From Candidatus Hydrothermales bacterium (GTDB taxonomy: Bacteria > Hydrothermota > Hydrothermia > Hydrothermales > JAJRUZ01): a DNA stretch of 46,289 nt. The position numbers were made by a program, and so were the translations under genes. The notes under the pieces were generated by a model. The model was not told the origin of the DNA. It searched no databases and saw only the letters and a list, made by a program, of their open reading frames with translations. The stretch covers positions 1-46,289 of the forward strand of contig JBCNUW010000016.1 of assembly GCA_039630575.1 (NCBI GenBank). The letters run 5' to 3'. This document shows positions 8,199-17,731 of this stretch, piece by piece. The first letter of the stretch is position 1, and each line of letters begins with the position of its first letter.

Positions 8199-9950
8199 TT
8201 AAATCTCCTTTTTAATAATTCTTTTGATTTCTTTTACTAATTCCAAAGGTTTAAAAGGTAAACCAATATATTTTCTTATTGAAAAAACATTCTTTTTTCT
8301 TCCCCATATTCTTGAGAGATAACTTCTAAGTTGTGAAAATGAATTTAGCTCACAGATAAAAACATTTTTATCTTTAGTCAGGGAATATATGTGATCTTCA
8401 TGAAGAGGCAACAAACTTCTGATCCTTAGATAGGAAAAGCCGTAATTTTCTTCATTTAGTCTATCCACAGCTTCCTTCATGGCCCCAAGCGAAGAACCTA
8501 TTCCTATTAGGATATTTTTAGCACTTTCTTTCCCGTAAAATTCGGGAACTGGAATATCGTTAATGATATTTTCAAGTTTCCTAATCCTCTTTTTTACCAT
8601 TTCATCCCTATACTCACACTCCTCGTCAATAAATCCATCAGGTGTTTTTTCATTTGAGTTATATCTAACAATTACTCCTCTTTGTCCAGGAAAACCTCTA
8701 AATGAGATACCATCATCTTTTATTTCGTATCTCTGATAAGATTTTCCATTTGTCAAATACTGAAGAGCCATTTCATCAGTTAAAATTTTTCCTCTTTCCC
8801 AGTCCAAATTTTCATTGTAGGGAATATTATCTATAGTCTGTTGGTTTTGAGAAATTGCCTGCTCTGACAAAATTATCACAGGGAGCTGATATTTCTCAGC
8901 AATATTAAAGGCCTTAAAAGTAAATTCAAAACTTTCTTCAGGAGTCGATGGAACAAGCACAACTCGTGATACATCACCGTGACCTGCAAAGAGAATATGA
9001 TTTATATCTTCCTGTGAAGTTTTAGTAGGTATTCCAGTTGAAGGACCGGCTCTTTGGGCATGATATATTACTAAAGGAATCTCTGCCATTGAAGCTAAAG
9101 AAAGAGCCTCTGTCTTAAGATCCATACCAGGACCACTTGTAGCAGTCATAGCTCGCAAACCGGCAAAAGAAGCACCTATAGCCATATTGATTGAAGAAAT
9201 TTCATCTTCACATTGAATTGTTACTCCACCATACTTGGGTAAGTATTTTGCAAGAAATTCTAAAACTTCAGTTGAGGGAGTTATAGGATAGGCAGAAAAA
9301 AATCGGCAACCAGATGCTATTGCGCCTAAGGCTACCGCTTCGTTCCCTGAAAGGTAATACCTATTAGAATCACTACCTCTTTCAATCTCATATCTCTCTT
9401 TAACAAATTTTTCAGCTAATTTATAACCCTCATCTAAAGCTTTTATGTTGGCTTCAATTATTTTTTCATCTTTTCCTTTTAAATAAAAAATTAATGTATT
9501 TCTTAATTCATCATGTCCAATATTAAACGCATGTCCTAAAAAACCAAGAGCTATAACATTTTTAAAAATTTCTCTTCTGAAAAGATCTCTTGCTATTTTT
9601 CTAAGTGGAACAGAATAAAAATAAACATCATTTGGTTGAAAATTCTTCAAATCAAACTCCTCATCAACAACAATTAACCCCCCATTCCTTACATCACCAG
9701 CGTGATTTTTTAAAGCACTCGGTTCAAAAGCAATTAAAGAATCTATATGATCACCCCACGAATATATCCTTTCTAAATTTGCTCTAATTGTCAAATTTGT
9801 GGGTAAACCCCTGATGTTTGAGGGAAAATCTTTTACGGATACCACATAAAAGCCTCTTCTCTTTAAAGTAAAAGCTAAAATTTCTCCTGCTAAAAGAGAA
9901 CCATCACCTGCCAAACCAGCAATCCTCACAGAAACATCTTTAATTTTCAT
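8199..9950 (-). CDS. korA: 2-oxoacid:ferredoxin oxidoreductase alpha subunit (gamma-alpha fused, KorA-like)
   Basis: GLAGDG, YPITPS, EDEI, TATSGPG, QRAGPSTGIPT; SD AGGAGG. Confidence 0.92.
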   Translation of the reverse strand: MKIKDVSVRIAGLAGDGSLLAGEILAFTLKRRGFYVVSVKDFPSNIRGLPTNLTIRANLERIYSWGDHIDSLIAFEPSALKNHAGDVRNGGLIVVDEEFDLKNFQPNDVYFYSVPLRKIARDLFRREIFKNVIALGFLGHAFNIGHDELRNTLIFYLKGKDEKIIEANIKALDEGYKLAEKFVKERYEIERGSDSNRYYLSGNEAVALGAIASGCRFFSAYPITPSTEVLEFLAKYLPKYGGVTIQCEDEISSINMAIGASFAGLRAMTATSGPGMDLKTEALSLASMAEIPLVIYHAQRAGPSTGIPTKTSQEDINHILFAGHGDVSRVVLVPSTPEESFEFTFKAFNIAEKYQLPVIILSEQAISQNQQTIDNIPYNENLDWERGKILTDEMALQYLTNGKSYQRYEIKDDGISFRGFPGQRGVIVRYNSNEKTPDGFIDEECEYRDEMVKKRIRKLENIINDIPVPEFYGKESAKNILIGIGSSLGAMKEAVDRLNEENYGFSYLRIRSLLPLHEDHIYSLTKDKNVFICELNSFSQLRSYLSRIWGRKKNVFSIRKYIGLPFKPLELVKEIKRIIKKEI

Positions 9951-9982
9951 TTATACCTCCTTTTAAATTTAACTTAAAATCT

Positions 9983-10011
9983 ATTATACAGGATATTTTT
10001 TAAAAATTCAA
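9983..10011 (-). promoter_or_regulatory. sigma70-type promoter of korAB
   Basis: TTGAAT-17 nt-TATAAT. Confidence 0.65.
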
Positions 10012-10040
10012 GTGAGTATTAAATTTAATTTAATTTAAAT

Positions 10041-10979
10041 TTAGAAGACTTTTAAACCATCAAGTCTTAAGAGTTTCTCCCATTTCTCATCAACCCTTTT
10101 TTGAATTTCTTCAATAAGATCCTCCCTTCCATTTAAATGACTGAATCTCTCTTGTTTTAAAAGCCAAGCTTTTACCGGCAATTTTTCTTTCGGTTTATAG
10201 TTTACTCTGTAAACTCCTTTTTCTATTTCATAAAGTGGCCAAAAACAAGTCTCAACAGCTAATCTTGCTATCTCAACAGTTTCACTTTCTTTATAACCCC
10301 ATCCAATAACACATGGAGCTATTACACTTAAAAACTTTGGACCCTCAATTTCGTATGCTTTCCTCAATTTTTTTATTAGATCTCCCCAATGAGATATGGA
10401 AGCTTGAGCTACATAAGGAATTCGGTGTGCAGCAACGATCTCTATTATCTCTTTTCTGTCCTGAACCTTTCCAAATAGATATTTCCCAGCTGGTGAAGTA
10501 GTAGTGCTTGCACCAAAAGGTGTTGCAGATGATCTTTGAATTCCAGTGTTCATATATGCCTGATTATCATATAAAAGATAAAGAAAGTCATGACCCCTCT
10601 CAAGTGCGCCAGAAAGAGCCTGAAGTCCGATGTCATATGTTCCTCCATCACCTCCTATTGCAATAAAAACAATTTTTTTATCCTGAGGAATTTCTCCCCT
10701 TCTTTTCAAAGCCTTATAAGCCGATTCAACACCTGAGATAACAGCAGCTGCATTCTCAAAAGCAACATGAATCCAACTACAAGGCCATGAAGAATAAGGA
10801 TAAATAGTTGAAACAACCTCTAAACAACCTGTGGCGTTAGAAACAACAACTGGATAATCAGAAGACCCCAAAACCATTCTTATAATTGATGGAAAAGAAC
10901 AACCTGCACAGGCTCTATGTCCTGAAGCAAGCCCAGCAGTCCTTTCTGCAAGTTCTTTTAATGATATTATCCTCTTCAT
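10041..10979 (-). CDS. porB: Pyruvate/2-oxoacid:ferredoxin oxidoreductase beta subunit
   Basis: GHRACAGC, ATGCLEV, GGDGGTYDIG, YMNTGIQRS. Confidence 0.92.
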   Translation of the reverse strand: MKRIISLKELAERTAGLASGHRACAGCSFPSIIRMVLGSSDYPVVVSNATGCLEVVSTIYPYSSWPCSWIHVAFENAAAVISGVESAYKALKRRGEIPQDKKIVFIAIGGDGGTYDIGLQALSGALERGHDFLYLLYDNQAYMNTGIQRSSATPFGASTTTSPAGKYLFGKVQDRKEIIEIVAAHRIPYVAQASISHWGDLIKKLRKAYEIEGPKFLSVIAPCVIGWGYKESETVEIARLAVETCFWPLYEIEKGVYRVNYKPKEKLPVKAWLLKQERFSHLNGREDLIEEIQKRVDEKWEKLLRLDGLKVF

Positions 10980-10983
10980 CTTT

Positions 10984-12174
10984 TTACTCCCTTAACCCAA
11001 TGTAAATAAATTCCTCACTTACAGCATTTCTCTTTTTTATACCCTTTAAAATCTCAAAAACATTAATAGCATCTTCGATTCCAAACTCTCTACCACCCAA
11101 TCCAAAAATAAAATTCTGCACTAAAGGTCTTTTTGATAACGGATAAAGTGCAGCCTTTACTTCTATAGATAATGGACCACCCATAGAACTAAAAGTCTCA
11201 GCTCTATCCATAACCCCAACAACCTTAACATTACTTAATTTCTCCCTTAAAATTTCGTAAGGAAAGGGTCTCATTATCTTTAACCTCAAAACACCAACCT
11301 TTTCTCCTTTATCTTTCAATATATCCACAGCCTCCTTAAATGTACCAGCAGCTGAAGACATAACAATAACTACTACCTCAGCACCTTCCATGTTATACTC
11401 CTCAACAAAAGAAGGTATATTAATACCAAATCTATTACTATACTCTTCAAAAACCTCATCTATTATCTTTTTTGACTTTAAAACTCCTTCAAGTTGATTT
11501 CTTTTATGCTCAAAATAATAATCAAAAAGTGTAAGAGAACCAAGCGTAATAGGTTTTTCTACATCAAGAAGAGAATAAAGGGGTTTCCTCTTACCAATAA
11601 AATTCCTCACATCCTCATCCTCAAGAACAAAAACTTTTTCCATTCCGTGGGTAACTATAAAACCATCCATCATAACCATAGAGGGCAAGTTTGCTCTTTC
11701 TGAAATCTTAACAGCATTTATTATTGTATGATAAACTTCATTGGCATTCTCGCAATACATTTGAATCCAGCCAGAATCTCTGGATCCCATAGTATCTGAG
11801 TGATCACAATGAATATTTAAAGGTCCTGAAAGAGCTCTGTTACCAACTACCATTACAATTGGTAACCTCAAAAAGGAAGCTATATAGAGAATTTCATGCA
11901 TAAGAGCAAGTCCTTGAGAACTGGTAGCTGTCATTACCCTTGCCCCTGATGCTGAAGCTCCTATACAAACTGAGATTGCCGAATGTTCGGACTCTACAGG
12001 AATAAACTCTGTATCTACCTCTCCATCTGCAACATACTTAGAAAAAATCATAACAATTTCTGAAGAGGGGGTAATAGGATAAGCAGCCACAACATCTGGA
12101 TTTATTTGTTTCATAGCATAAGCTGCTGCTTCGTTACCTGTTTTAGCAAGAAATTTTTTTGTCTCTACCTTCAT
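10984..12174 (-). CDS. porA: Pyruvate/2-oxoacid:ferredoxin oxidoreductase alpha subunit
   Basis: Start ATG 12174 (MKVETK) after GGAGG; AYPITPS, VESEHSA, TATSSQG, GLGGRE. Confidence 0.92.
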   Translation of the reverse strand: MKVETKKFLAKTGNEAAAYAMKQINPDVVAAYPITPSSEIVMIFSKYVADGEVDTEFIPVESEHSAISVCIGASASGARVMTATSSQGLALMHEILYIASFLRLPIVMVVGNRALSGPLNIHCDHSDTMGSRDSGWIQMYCENANEVYHTIINAVKISERANLPSMVMMDGFIVTHGMEKVFVLEDEDVRNFIGKRKPLYSLLDVEKPITLGSLTLFDYYFEHKRNQLEGVLKSKKIIDEVFEEYSNRFGINIPSFVEEYNMEGAEVVVIVMSSAAGTFKEAVDILKDKGEKVGVLRLKIMRPFPYEILREKLSNVKVVGVMDRAETFSSMGGPLSIEVKAALYPLSKRPLVQNFIFGLGGREFGIEDAINVFEILKGIKKRNAVSEEFIYIGLRE

Positions 12175-12452
12175 ATATCTTCCTCCTTCATATATATTGC
12201 ACCTCTTGTACATACATTTGCACAAATTCCGCAACCTTTACAATAATCTAAATCAATACCTACAACCTTTCCAAACTTTACCTTTATGGCAGAATCTGGA
12301 CAATAAAGAAAACAAAGTAAACATTGGGAACACTCACCCTCCAAAAAAAAGGGTGTTTTTATTCTCCAGTCTCCTGTTTTATATTCTAAGGAAGTAGGAG
12401 TATTTCTAACTACCCCACCCTCTTCAAGTTCTTTCCAACTTTTTAATTTCAT
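12171..12452 (-). CDS. porD: Pyruvate:ferredoxin oxidoreductase delta subunit (2x4Fe-4S)
   Basis: KTGDWR, CSQCLLCFLYCP, YCKGCGICANVC. Confidence 0.93.
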   Translation of the reverse strand: MKLKSWKELEEGGVVRNTPTSLEYKTGDWRIKTPFFLEGECSQCLLCFLYCPDSAIKVKFGKVVGIDLDYCKGCGICANVCTRGAIYMKEEDI

Positions 12453-13018
12453 TCTTTTACCTCCATATAAGCTCTTTTTATAGCCTCAATATTTTTTTCA
12501 ACAATCTCTACTTCATACTTACTCATCAACCTATCTTTTAAAACCTCAATAAATTCCTCAAGCGGATGTGATTTTAAAATTCTTAAAAGAGCACCAAGAA
12601 TTGGTGCATTAGGAAGATTTTTTCCGAAAATTTCCTTTGAAATTGAAGAGGCATCAACTGTCTTTACATTTCCCCTTAAATTGAACCTCTCTTTTAATTC
12701 ATCAAGCTTCATATTTGTATTTATTAAAATAATCGTATTATTTTTAATGACATTCTTAAAAATTTTTGATTTCAAAAGTGTCTTATCAATCACCACCACA
12801 ATATCAGGATCTTTTACTCCATAATGACCTTTTATAGGCTCATCACTAATCCTTGTGAAAGCCACAACAGGAGCTCCTCTTCTTTCAGGTCCATACTCAG
12901 GAAAAGCTTTTATATATTTTCCTATGTATGCAAAAGCCTCTCCTAAAAGCAAAGCTGCTGTCTTCACTCCCATTCCTCCTCTACCTAACCACATGATGTC
13001 AATTTTTCCCTTCTTCAT
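12449..13018 (-). CDS. porG: Pyruvate:ferredoxin oxidoreductase gamma subunit
   Basis: GRGGMGVKT, FPEYGPERRGAPV. Confidence 0.9.
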   Translation of the reverse strand: MKKGKIDIMWLGRGGMGVKTAALLLGEAFAYIGKYIKAFPEYGPERRGAPVVAFTRISDEPIKGHYGVKDPDIVVVIDKTLLKSKIFKNVIKNNTIILINTNMKLDELKERFNLRGNVKTVDASSISKEIFGKNLPNAPILGALLRILKSHPLEEFIEVLKDRLMSKYEVEIVEKNIEAIKRAYMEVKE

Positions 13019-13102
13019 TTTATTTTTTCTCCTTATTTTTTAAAAATAAGTATAATTTAATCAATCATTTAAATTCAAATGAAATTAAATTATTTTAAAT
13101 CT

Positions 13103-13132
13103 TTGAAATTAAAAAACTTTAAAAGATAAAAT
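13103..13132 (+). promoter_or_regulatory. sigma70-type promoter of the REC-EAL pair
   Basis: TTGAAA-18 nt-TAAAAT followed by AAGGAGG. Confidence 0.5.
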
Positions 13133-13150
13133 ATAGTAAAGGAGGTCAAT

Positions 13151-13525
13151 ATGGAAAAAAAAAGAATACTTATAATTGACGATGAAGAGGACATACTCTC
13201 TCTGGTAGAAGAAATTCTAAAGGATGACTACCTAATTGAAAAAGCAAACTCACCATCTAAAGCAGTTGAAATTTTAAAAAAAGACTTAAATTTCAATTTA
13301 ATTTTACTTGATATTATATTACCTGAAAAGGATGGATGGGAACTTTTAAGAGAGTTTAAAAACATTTTAAAGGATAAAGAAATTCCTGTAGCAATTTTTT
13401 CCATTCTTAAAGAACCACAAGATATGTTAAAAGCAATTAAAGAAGGAGCAGTTGCATATATTGTTAAACCTTTTGAACCAGAAGGATTAAAGAATAGAAT
13501 TAAAGAAATATTTGAAAAATTATGA
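13151..13525 (+). CDS. Single-domain response regulator (receiver)
   Basis: ILIIDDE, LLDIILPEKDG, YIVKPF. Confidence 0.94.
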   Translation: MEKKRILIIDDEEDILSLVEEILKDDYLIEKANSPSKAVEILKKDLNFNLILLDIILPEKDGWELLREFKNILKDKEIPVAIFSILKEPQDMLKAIKEGAVAYIVKPFEPEGLKNRIKEIFEKL

Positions 13526-14715
13526 AAGATGAAATCACTGGTTTACCGTTACTTGTTGATATTATCAATTTGCTAAAGGATAGAATTGAAAAAGAAAAAG
13601 AGGTAAATCTTTTAATAATTCAAATCCTTGAGTCATCAATCTTTGAAGAGGAATTTGGATTTGACGTTTTTGATTCTTGGGTAAAAAGCCTTGCAGATTT
13701 AATAAAAATTTCTGTTACAAAAGAATTTACACCCTATGAAAATCCCCTTTTATTTACAACAGACCCTTTCTCAAGCTTAATTTGTCTTATATTTCCAAAA
13801 ACCCATGATCCAAAAAAATTTATAACAAAATTGAAAAATGAAATCGAAAAACTCATTCCTGCTCCCACTGCAATCACACTAAGAGAAATAAAGTTTGATC
13901 CTTTAAGGAGAACTGAAAGATCTATCTATCAAACCGTAAATGAAGTAAAAATCGAACATACAAAAACCGAAAGTAGAATGAAGTCTAACATAAAATCTCT
14001 ATTCAAAAAAATTATTAGGACAAGTGAGATAAAAATGGTCTTTCAGCCTATTTTTGAAATTTCAGAAGAAAAACTAACTTATGGATTTGAAGCCCTTGCA
14101 AGGGGACCAAAAGGAACAGAACTTGAAATGCCTACAGCCCTTTTTTCAGTTGCAGATGAATTAAATGAATTAGAAAATTTAGAAAAATTATGTAGATGGA
14201 AAGCTCTTTTAACATCAAAGAGATTACCTGACGAAAAATACAAAATTTTTTTAAATGTCTCCTCCAAGATACTTCAACAGAAAAGTAGCTATGTAGAAGA
14301 ATTAATTGAAAATTTAGATGAGCTCCAAATAAAAACTGAAAAACTCGTATTAGAAATAACAGAGAGATATGCTATATCTGACTTTGATACCCTCAAGAAA
14401 AATATAAATTACCTTAAAGAAAGAAACATTAAACTTTCAATAGATGACGTAGGAGTAGGATACTCTTCACTTCAAACACTGGCTGAGTTAAATCCAGACT
14501 ACCTCAAATATGACATGGTCCTTGTAAGAAATATTCACGAAGATATGATCAAACAAAATCTCCTTGAAATGGTATTAAATTTTGGTGAAAAAATAAAAGC
14601 AAAAGTGATTGCTGAGGGAATAGAAAAAGAAGAAGAACTTATTACTCTTAGAAAAATTGGAGTTAGATATGGTCAAGGTTTTTATCTTTCCTATCCCTTT
14701 GAAGTTGAAATATGA
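13522..14715 (+). CDS. EAL-domain c-di-GMP phosphodiesterase with degenerate GGDEF-like N-terminus
   Basis: FQPI, FEALARG, FLNVS, LEITER, IDDVGVGYSS, IAEGIE, YGQGF; N-terminal DEITGLP. Confidence 0.9.
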   Translation: MKDEITGLPLLVDIINLLKDRIEKEKEVNLLIIQILESSIFEEEFGFDVFDSWVKSLADLIKISVTKEFTPYENPLLFTTDPFSSLICLIFPKTHDPKKFITKLKNEIEKLIPAPTAITLREIKFDPLRRTERSIYQTVNEVKIEHTKTESRMKSNIKSLFKKIIRTSEIKMVFQPIFEISEEKLTYGFEALARGPKGTELEMPTALFSVADELNELENLEKLCRWKALLTSKRLPDEKYKIFLNVSSKILQQKSSYVEELIENLDELQIKTEKLVLEITERYAISDFDTLKKNINYLKERNIKLSIDDVGVGYSSLQTLAELNPDYLKYDMVLVRNIHEDMIKQNLLEMVLNFGEKIKAKVIAEGIEKEEELITLRKIGVRYGQGFYLSYPFEVEI

Positions 14716-14720
14716 AAAAT

Positions 14721-16625
14721 TTACTCAGAAACACTAATAACCTTAAATTCTACCCTCCTGTTCATTGCTCTTCCTTCTCTTGTTAAATTATCAGCTATAG
14801 GCATAGTTTCACCATAACCCTTTGCAACAAGCTTTGAAGGATCAATATTATGGAAGTTAATTAGATAATTCCTTACAGCCTCTGCCCTAGCTTGTGAAAG
14901 GGTAAGATTATAGCTATCTGAACCAACAGAATCTGTATGACCTTGAATTTCAACTAATGCCTTTGGATTTGATTTCAAAAATTCTGCAACTCTATCAAGA
15001 ATTGGATAAGATTCAGGTTTTATAGTAGCCTTCCCTGTATCAAAATAAATATTTTGTAATCTTATTGTAACCCCTTTTTCTGCTCTCTTTTTTAACTTTA
15101 TATCTTTTTCAACTAAAGATTCACCTTCTTTAAGAACTACAGGTACACTCTCTGAAATATACCCCTCTGCCTCAATTTTCAAAATGTATGTTCCTGGGGG
15201 TAATTTTAATTTGTACGAACCAGTTTCCGGATCACTTACAGTTCCTTCGAATCCAGTTTCTGGGATGGAAACTTTCGCTAAAAGAGGTTCATCTGTCACA
15301 TTGTCCACTATTTTACCAGTAAGTATTATCAATTCCTTTTTCTTTAAAGGAAAATCAAGAACTAACTCAGCACCTTCCTTAATAATAAAACTCTTTCTCA
15401 TCCAAGAATAACCTTCCTTTTCAACGTATAAACTATAGTTTCCAGGTTCAAGCTCTATTGAGTAAAAACCATACATATCTGAAGAAATAGGTGGTTTATC
15501 TAAACCTTCTATTAAAATTTGAGCCATAAGAGGTTCACCACTATTTGCATCATAGATTTTACCCCTAACTTTTGCAATTTTAGGCTCAGGTGGAGGCGGT
15601 GGCGGTGGTGGAGGAGTAACTGTAACTTTTTTAGGTAAAAGATTATAAACATTTGACATTAAAAAAATAAACCTCCAATCGGGAATATAAGTAAATAAGT
15701 TTCTATCATGTGAAAAAATAAAAATTAGCGAATCAGGAATATTTTTCACTCTTGCATCAACAGCAAAATCAAAAATAATTCCTCCTGGAGTTTTAAACCT
15801 TACTCCGGGAGTTAAAGCTAAAAGATTCGTTCTTAACTCTGTAAAATAAACCCCATGAAAATCTAATATAAAATCTACATAAGACCCCGCAGATAAAGTT
15901 AGATTTAACCCAAAGGGTAATCTTGTAAAGTCCTTAAATTCATCTTTATTTTTAAAAACCGTATCTGTGACTGGGACACCATTTTGATCAAAACTATACC
16001 ACAAAACTGGGAAAACATCATCCTTTGCAGGTCTTCCAGTTTGGTGAAATCCAAACATTCCATTTAAACTTAATATCTGCAATTTAACTCCTAAAAGAAG
16101 ATGAGACCAAAATTGACCACTCTGGGGTATATACGTAGGGAAACCATAAATTGTAAACCTTGGATCCTTCCTTTCGATACCGAGATTAGGAAAATAATAT
16201 CCCAAAGTTACACCTCCAGAAAACTCAATACCAGTCAGAGTATCTGCAAAGAAGTTATATCCTAACTTGGTAAGAATATCTAAACCTCTGTAAGCAAAAT
16301 AACCATCGTCACTCCTTTGGTTTGGAACATCTGCCCTTTCTAACTGCCTTCCCTCAAAATCAGTTCTAAAACCAAACTCTAAGAAATTAAAAGGGGCATA
16401 AGATAATAAAAGTGAAGAAAGTAAATAATGTCTTCTGTCATCCAGAGGATTATTTGCTGAATCGACTGAAATATCCCAATACTTAAAATCTTGAAAAGAA
16501 TATCCACCATATAAAGAAAAAGAAATATCACCCTGCCTGTGTGTCTTAGGATGAATTACTCTAAAAGATCCACTTAAACCATTAATTGATGGAATTGAAA
16601 TTATGAAAAACAAAATTAAACTCAT
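14721..16625 (-). CDS. OmpA-family protein: probable N-terminal beta-barrel, poly-Pro linker, two carboxypeptidase-regulatory-like domains, OmpA_C
   Basis: NIYFDTGKA, IQGHTDSVG, NLTLSQARA, GYGE, NRRVEF; PPPPPPPPP linker; two G-x-I-x-D beta-sandwich units. Confidence 0.9.
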   Translation of the reverse strand: MSLILFFIISIPSINGLSGSFRVIHPKTHRQGDISFSLYGGYSFQDFKYWDISVDSANNPLDDRRHYLLSSLLLSYAPFNFLEFGFRTDFEGRQLERADVPNQRSDDGYFAYRGLDILTKLGYNFFADTLTGIEFSGGVTLGYYFPNLGIERKDPRFTIYGFPTYIPQSGQFWSHLLLGVKLQILSLNGMFGFHQTGRPAKDDVFPVLWYSFDQNGVPVTDTVFKNKDEFKDFTRLPFGLNLTLSAGSYVDFILDFHGVYFTELRTNLLALTPGVRFKTPGGIIFDFAVDARVKNIPDSLIFIFSHDRNLFTYIPDWRFIFLMSNVYNLLPKKVTVTPPPPPPPPPEPKIAKVRGKIYDANSGEPLMAQILIEGLDKPPISSDMYGFYSIELEPGNYSLYVEKEGYSWMRKSFIIKEGAELVLDFPLKKKELIILTGKIVDNVTDEPLLAKVSIPETGFEGTVSDPETGSYKLKLPPGTYILKIEAEGYISESVPVVLKEGESLVEKDIKLKKRAEKGVTIRLQNIYFDTGKATIKPESYPILDRVAEFLKSNPKALVEIQGHTDSVGSDSYNLTLSQARAEAVRNYLINFHNIDPSKLVAKGYGETMPIADNLTREGRAMNRRVEFKVISVSE

Positions 16626-16654
16626 TTTATTTTAAATTAAATCTTAAAGTGAGC

Positions 16655-16729
16655 TGGCCCCAGGGGGATTTGAACCCCCGTCTCCACCTTGAAAGAGTGA
16701 TGTCCTGGGCCTGACTAGACGATGGGGCC
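16655..16729 (-). tRNA. tRNA-Glu(UUC), no encoded CCA
   Basis: GGCCCCA/TGGGGCC-A acceptor, anticodon loop CTTTCAA, T-arm GGGGG-TTCAAAT-CCCCC. Confidence 0.96.
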
Positions 16730-16742
16730 ATAAAACTATAAT

Positions 16743-16772
16743 ATATTAACAAAAAAATTCTAAAAATTTCAA
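16743..16772 (-). promoter_or_regulatory. sigma70-type promoter of tRNA-Glu and ompA
   Basis: TTGAAA-18 nt-TAATAT with TGn extension. Confidence 0.55.
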
Positions 16773-16773
16773 A

Positions 16774-17286
16774 TTAAGGAGTCTTACCCTTTGCAGCAAT
16801 ATAAAGTTTTCTAAACTGCTCGTTGTCAACTATTGCTTGATTTATTAAAAAGTATGTTTCCAGATTTCTATTAGTTTCTCTTATCCTCTCCGCAAGCTCA
16901 CTTGCTAAATTTCTTAAAACAATAACCCCTATTCTCGGATCCTTTTCAACAATTTTCCAGAAATCTTCCCTTTTTAAAACATATAAGGAAGACTCTTTTA
17001 TTGCTGTACAGGTGGCACTTCTTGGCATATCGGAAATAAGTGAAAGTTCACCAAAAAATGAACCATCATCAAGCTCTGCAAGAACAAGAACAAGATCACC
17101 TCTTTTTAACCTCACCTCTACCTTTCCCCTTTCTATAATAAAAAGTGTGTTTCCTGGAGAACCCTCTTCAAAAATTACTTCACCTTTTTCATAATTTCTG
17201 GTTTCAAGATTTTCTAAAATTCTAGATAATTGGTCTTCTTTAAGTCCATTAAAAAGTGTTACATTTTTTAAAATATTTATCATCAC
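16774..17286 (-). CDS. Cyclic nucleotide-binding domain protein without Crp HTH (start GTG 17286 or ATG 17283)
   Basis: GEVIFEEGSPG, FFGELSLI, PRSAT. Confidence 0.9.
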   Translation of the reverse strand: MMINILKNVTLFNGLKEDQLSRILENLETRNYEKGEVIFEEGSPGNTLFIIERGKVEVRLKRGDLVLVLAELDDGSFFGELSLISDMPRSATCTAIKESSLYVLKREDFWKIVEKDPRIGVIVLRNLASELAERIRETNRNLETYFLINQAIVDNEQFRKLYIAAKGKTP

Positions 17287-17296
17287 ATTTATAAAG

Positions 17297-17372
17297 TGGG
17301 CGATGGAGGATTTGAACCTCCGACCTTCACGTTGTCAACGTGATGCTCTCACCAACGCTGAGCTAATCGCCC
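17297..17372 (-). tRNA. tRNA-Val(GAC), no encoded CCA
   Basis: GGGCGAT/ATCGCCC-A acceptor, TCACG-TTGACAA-CGTGA anticodon arm, GGAGG-TTCAAAT-CCTCC. Confidence 0.97.
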
Positions 17373-17381
17373 ACTTTTTTT

Positions 17382-17410
17382 ATTATAACTAAAAAGTTCT
17401 TAAACTTCAA
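17382..17410 (-). promoter_or_regulatory. sigma70-type promoter of tRNA-Val and the cNMP gene
   Basis: TTGAAG-17 nt-TATAAT, 9 nt before the tRNA. Confidence 0.65.
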
Positions 17411-17654
17411 GAAGTTTACTAATCCTTGATTTTATTCTTGAAGCCTTATTATCATGAATAACTCCCCTCTTTACAGCTTTATCAACAATACTCTGTAATT
17501 CCCTAAACAGAGATTTTTTATCCTCTACATTACTTGCTTTTTTTAACTTTTTTATTAAATTTTTAATCTTGAGCTTATAGAGCCTATTTCTTAACCTTCT
17601 TTTTTCATTTTGTCTTTCCCTTTTTAAAACTGAAAGTGATTTTTTTCTACCCAT
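17400..17654 (-). CDS. rpsT: 30S ribosomal protein S20
   Basis: KRERQNEKRRLRN, VDKAVKRGVIHDNKASRIKSR. Confidence 0.95.
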   Translation of the reverse strand: MGRKKSLSVLKRERQNEKRRLRNRLYKLKIKNLIKKLKKASNVEDKKSLFRELQSIVDKAVKRGVIHDNKASRIKSRISKLLEV

Positions 17655-17676
17655 TTAATTTTTTTAGTGTATATGG

Positions 17677-17689
17677 TGGAATAGAACCA
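17677..17689 (-). promoter_or_regulatory. T-arm-like leader motif upstream of rpsT
   Basis: TGG-TTCTATT-CCA; core 12 nt after TATAAT (17706-17701) and 23 nt before ATG; no SD. Confidence 0.55.
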
Positions 17690-17731
17690 TGCAGATTTTT
17701 ATTATAATAAAATTAAACCTTAAAATTAAAA

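Noticed and set aside
10021..10042. AT-only inverted repeat after porB
   Set aside because: Expected by chance at this AT content; no GC stem.
17677..17693. TGGAAT...ATGCA as a plus-strand sigma54 promoter
   Set aside because: GG-N11-GC spacing is wrong; the site is better explained as the rpsT leader motif.
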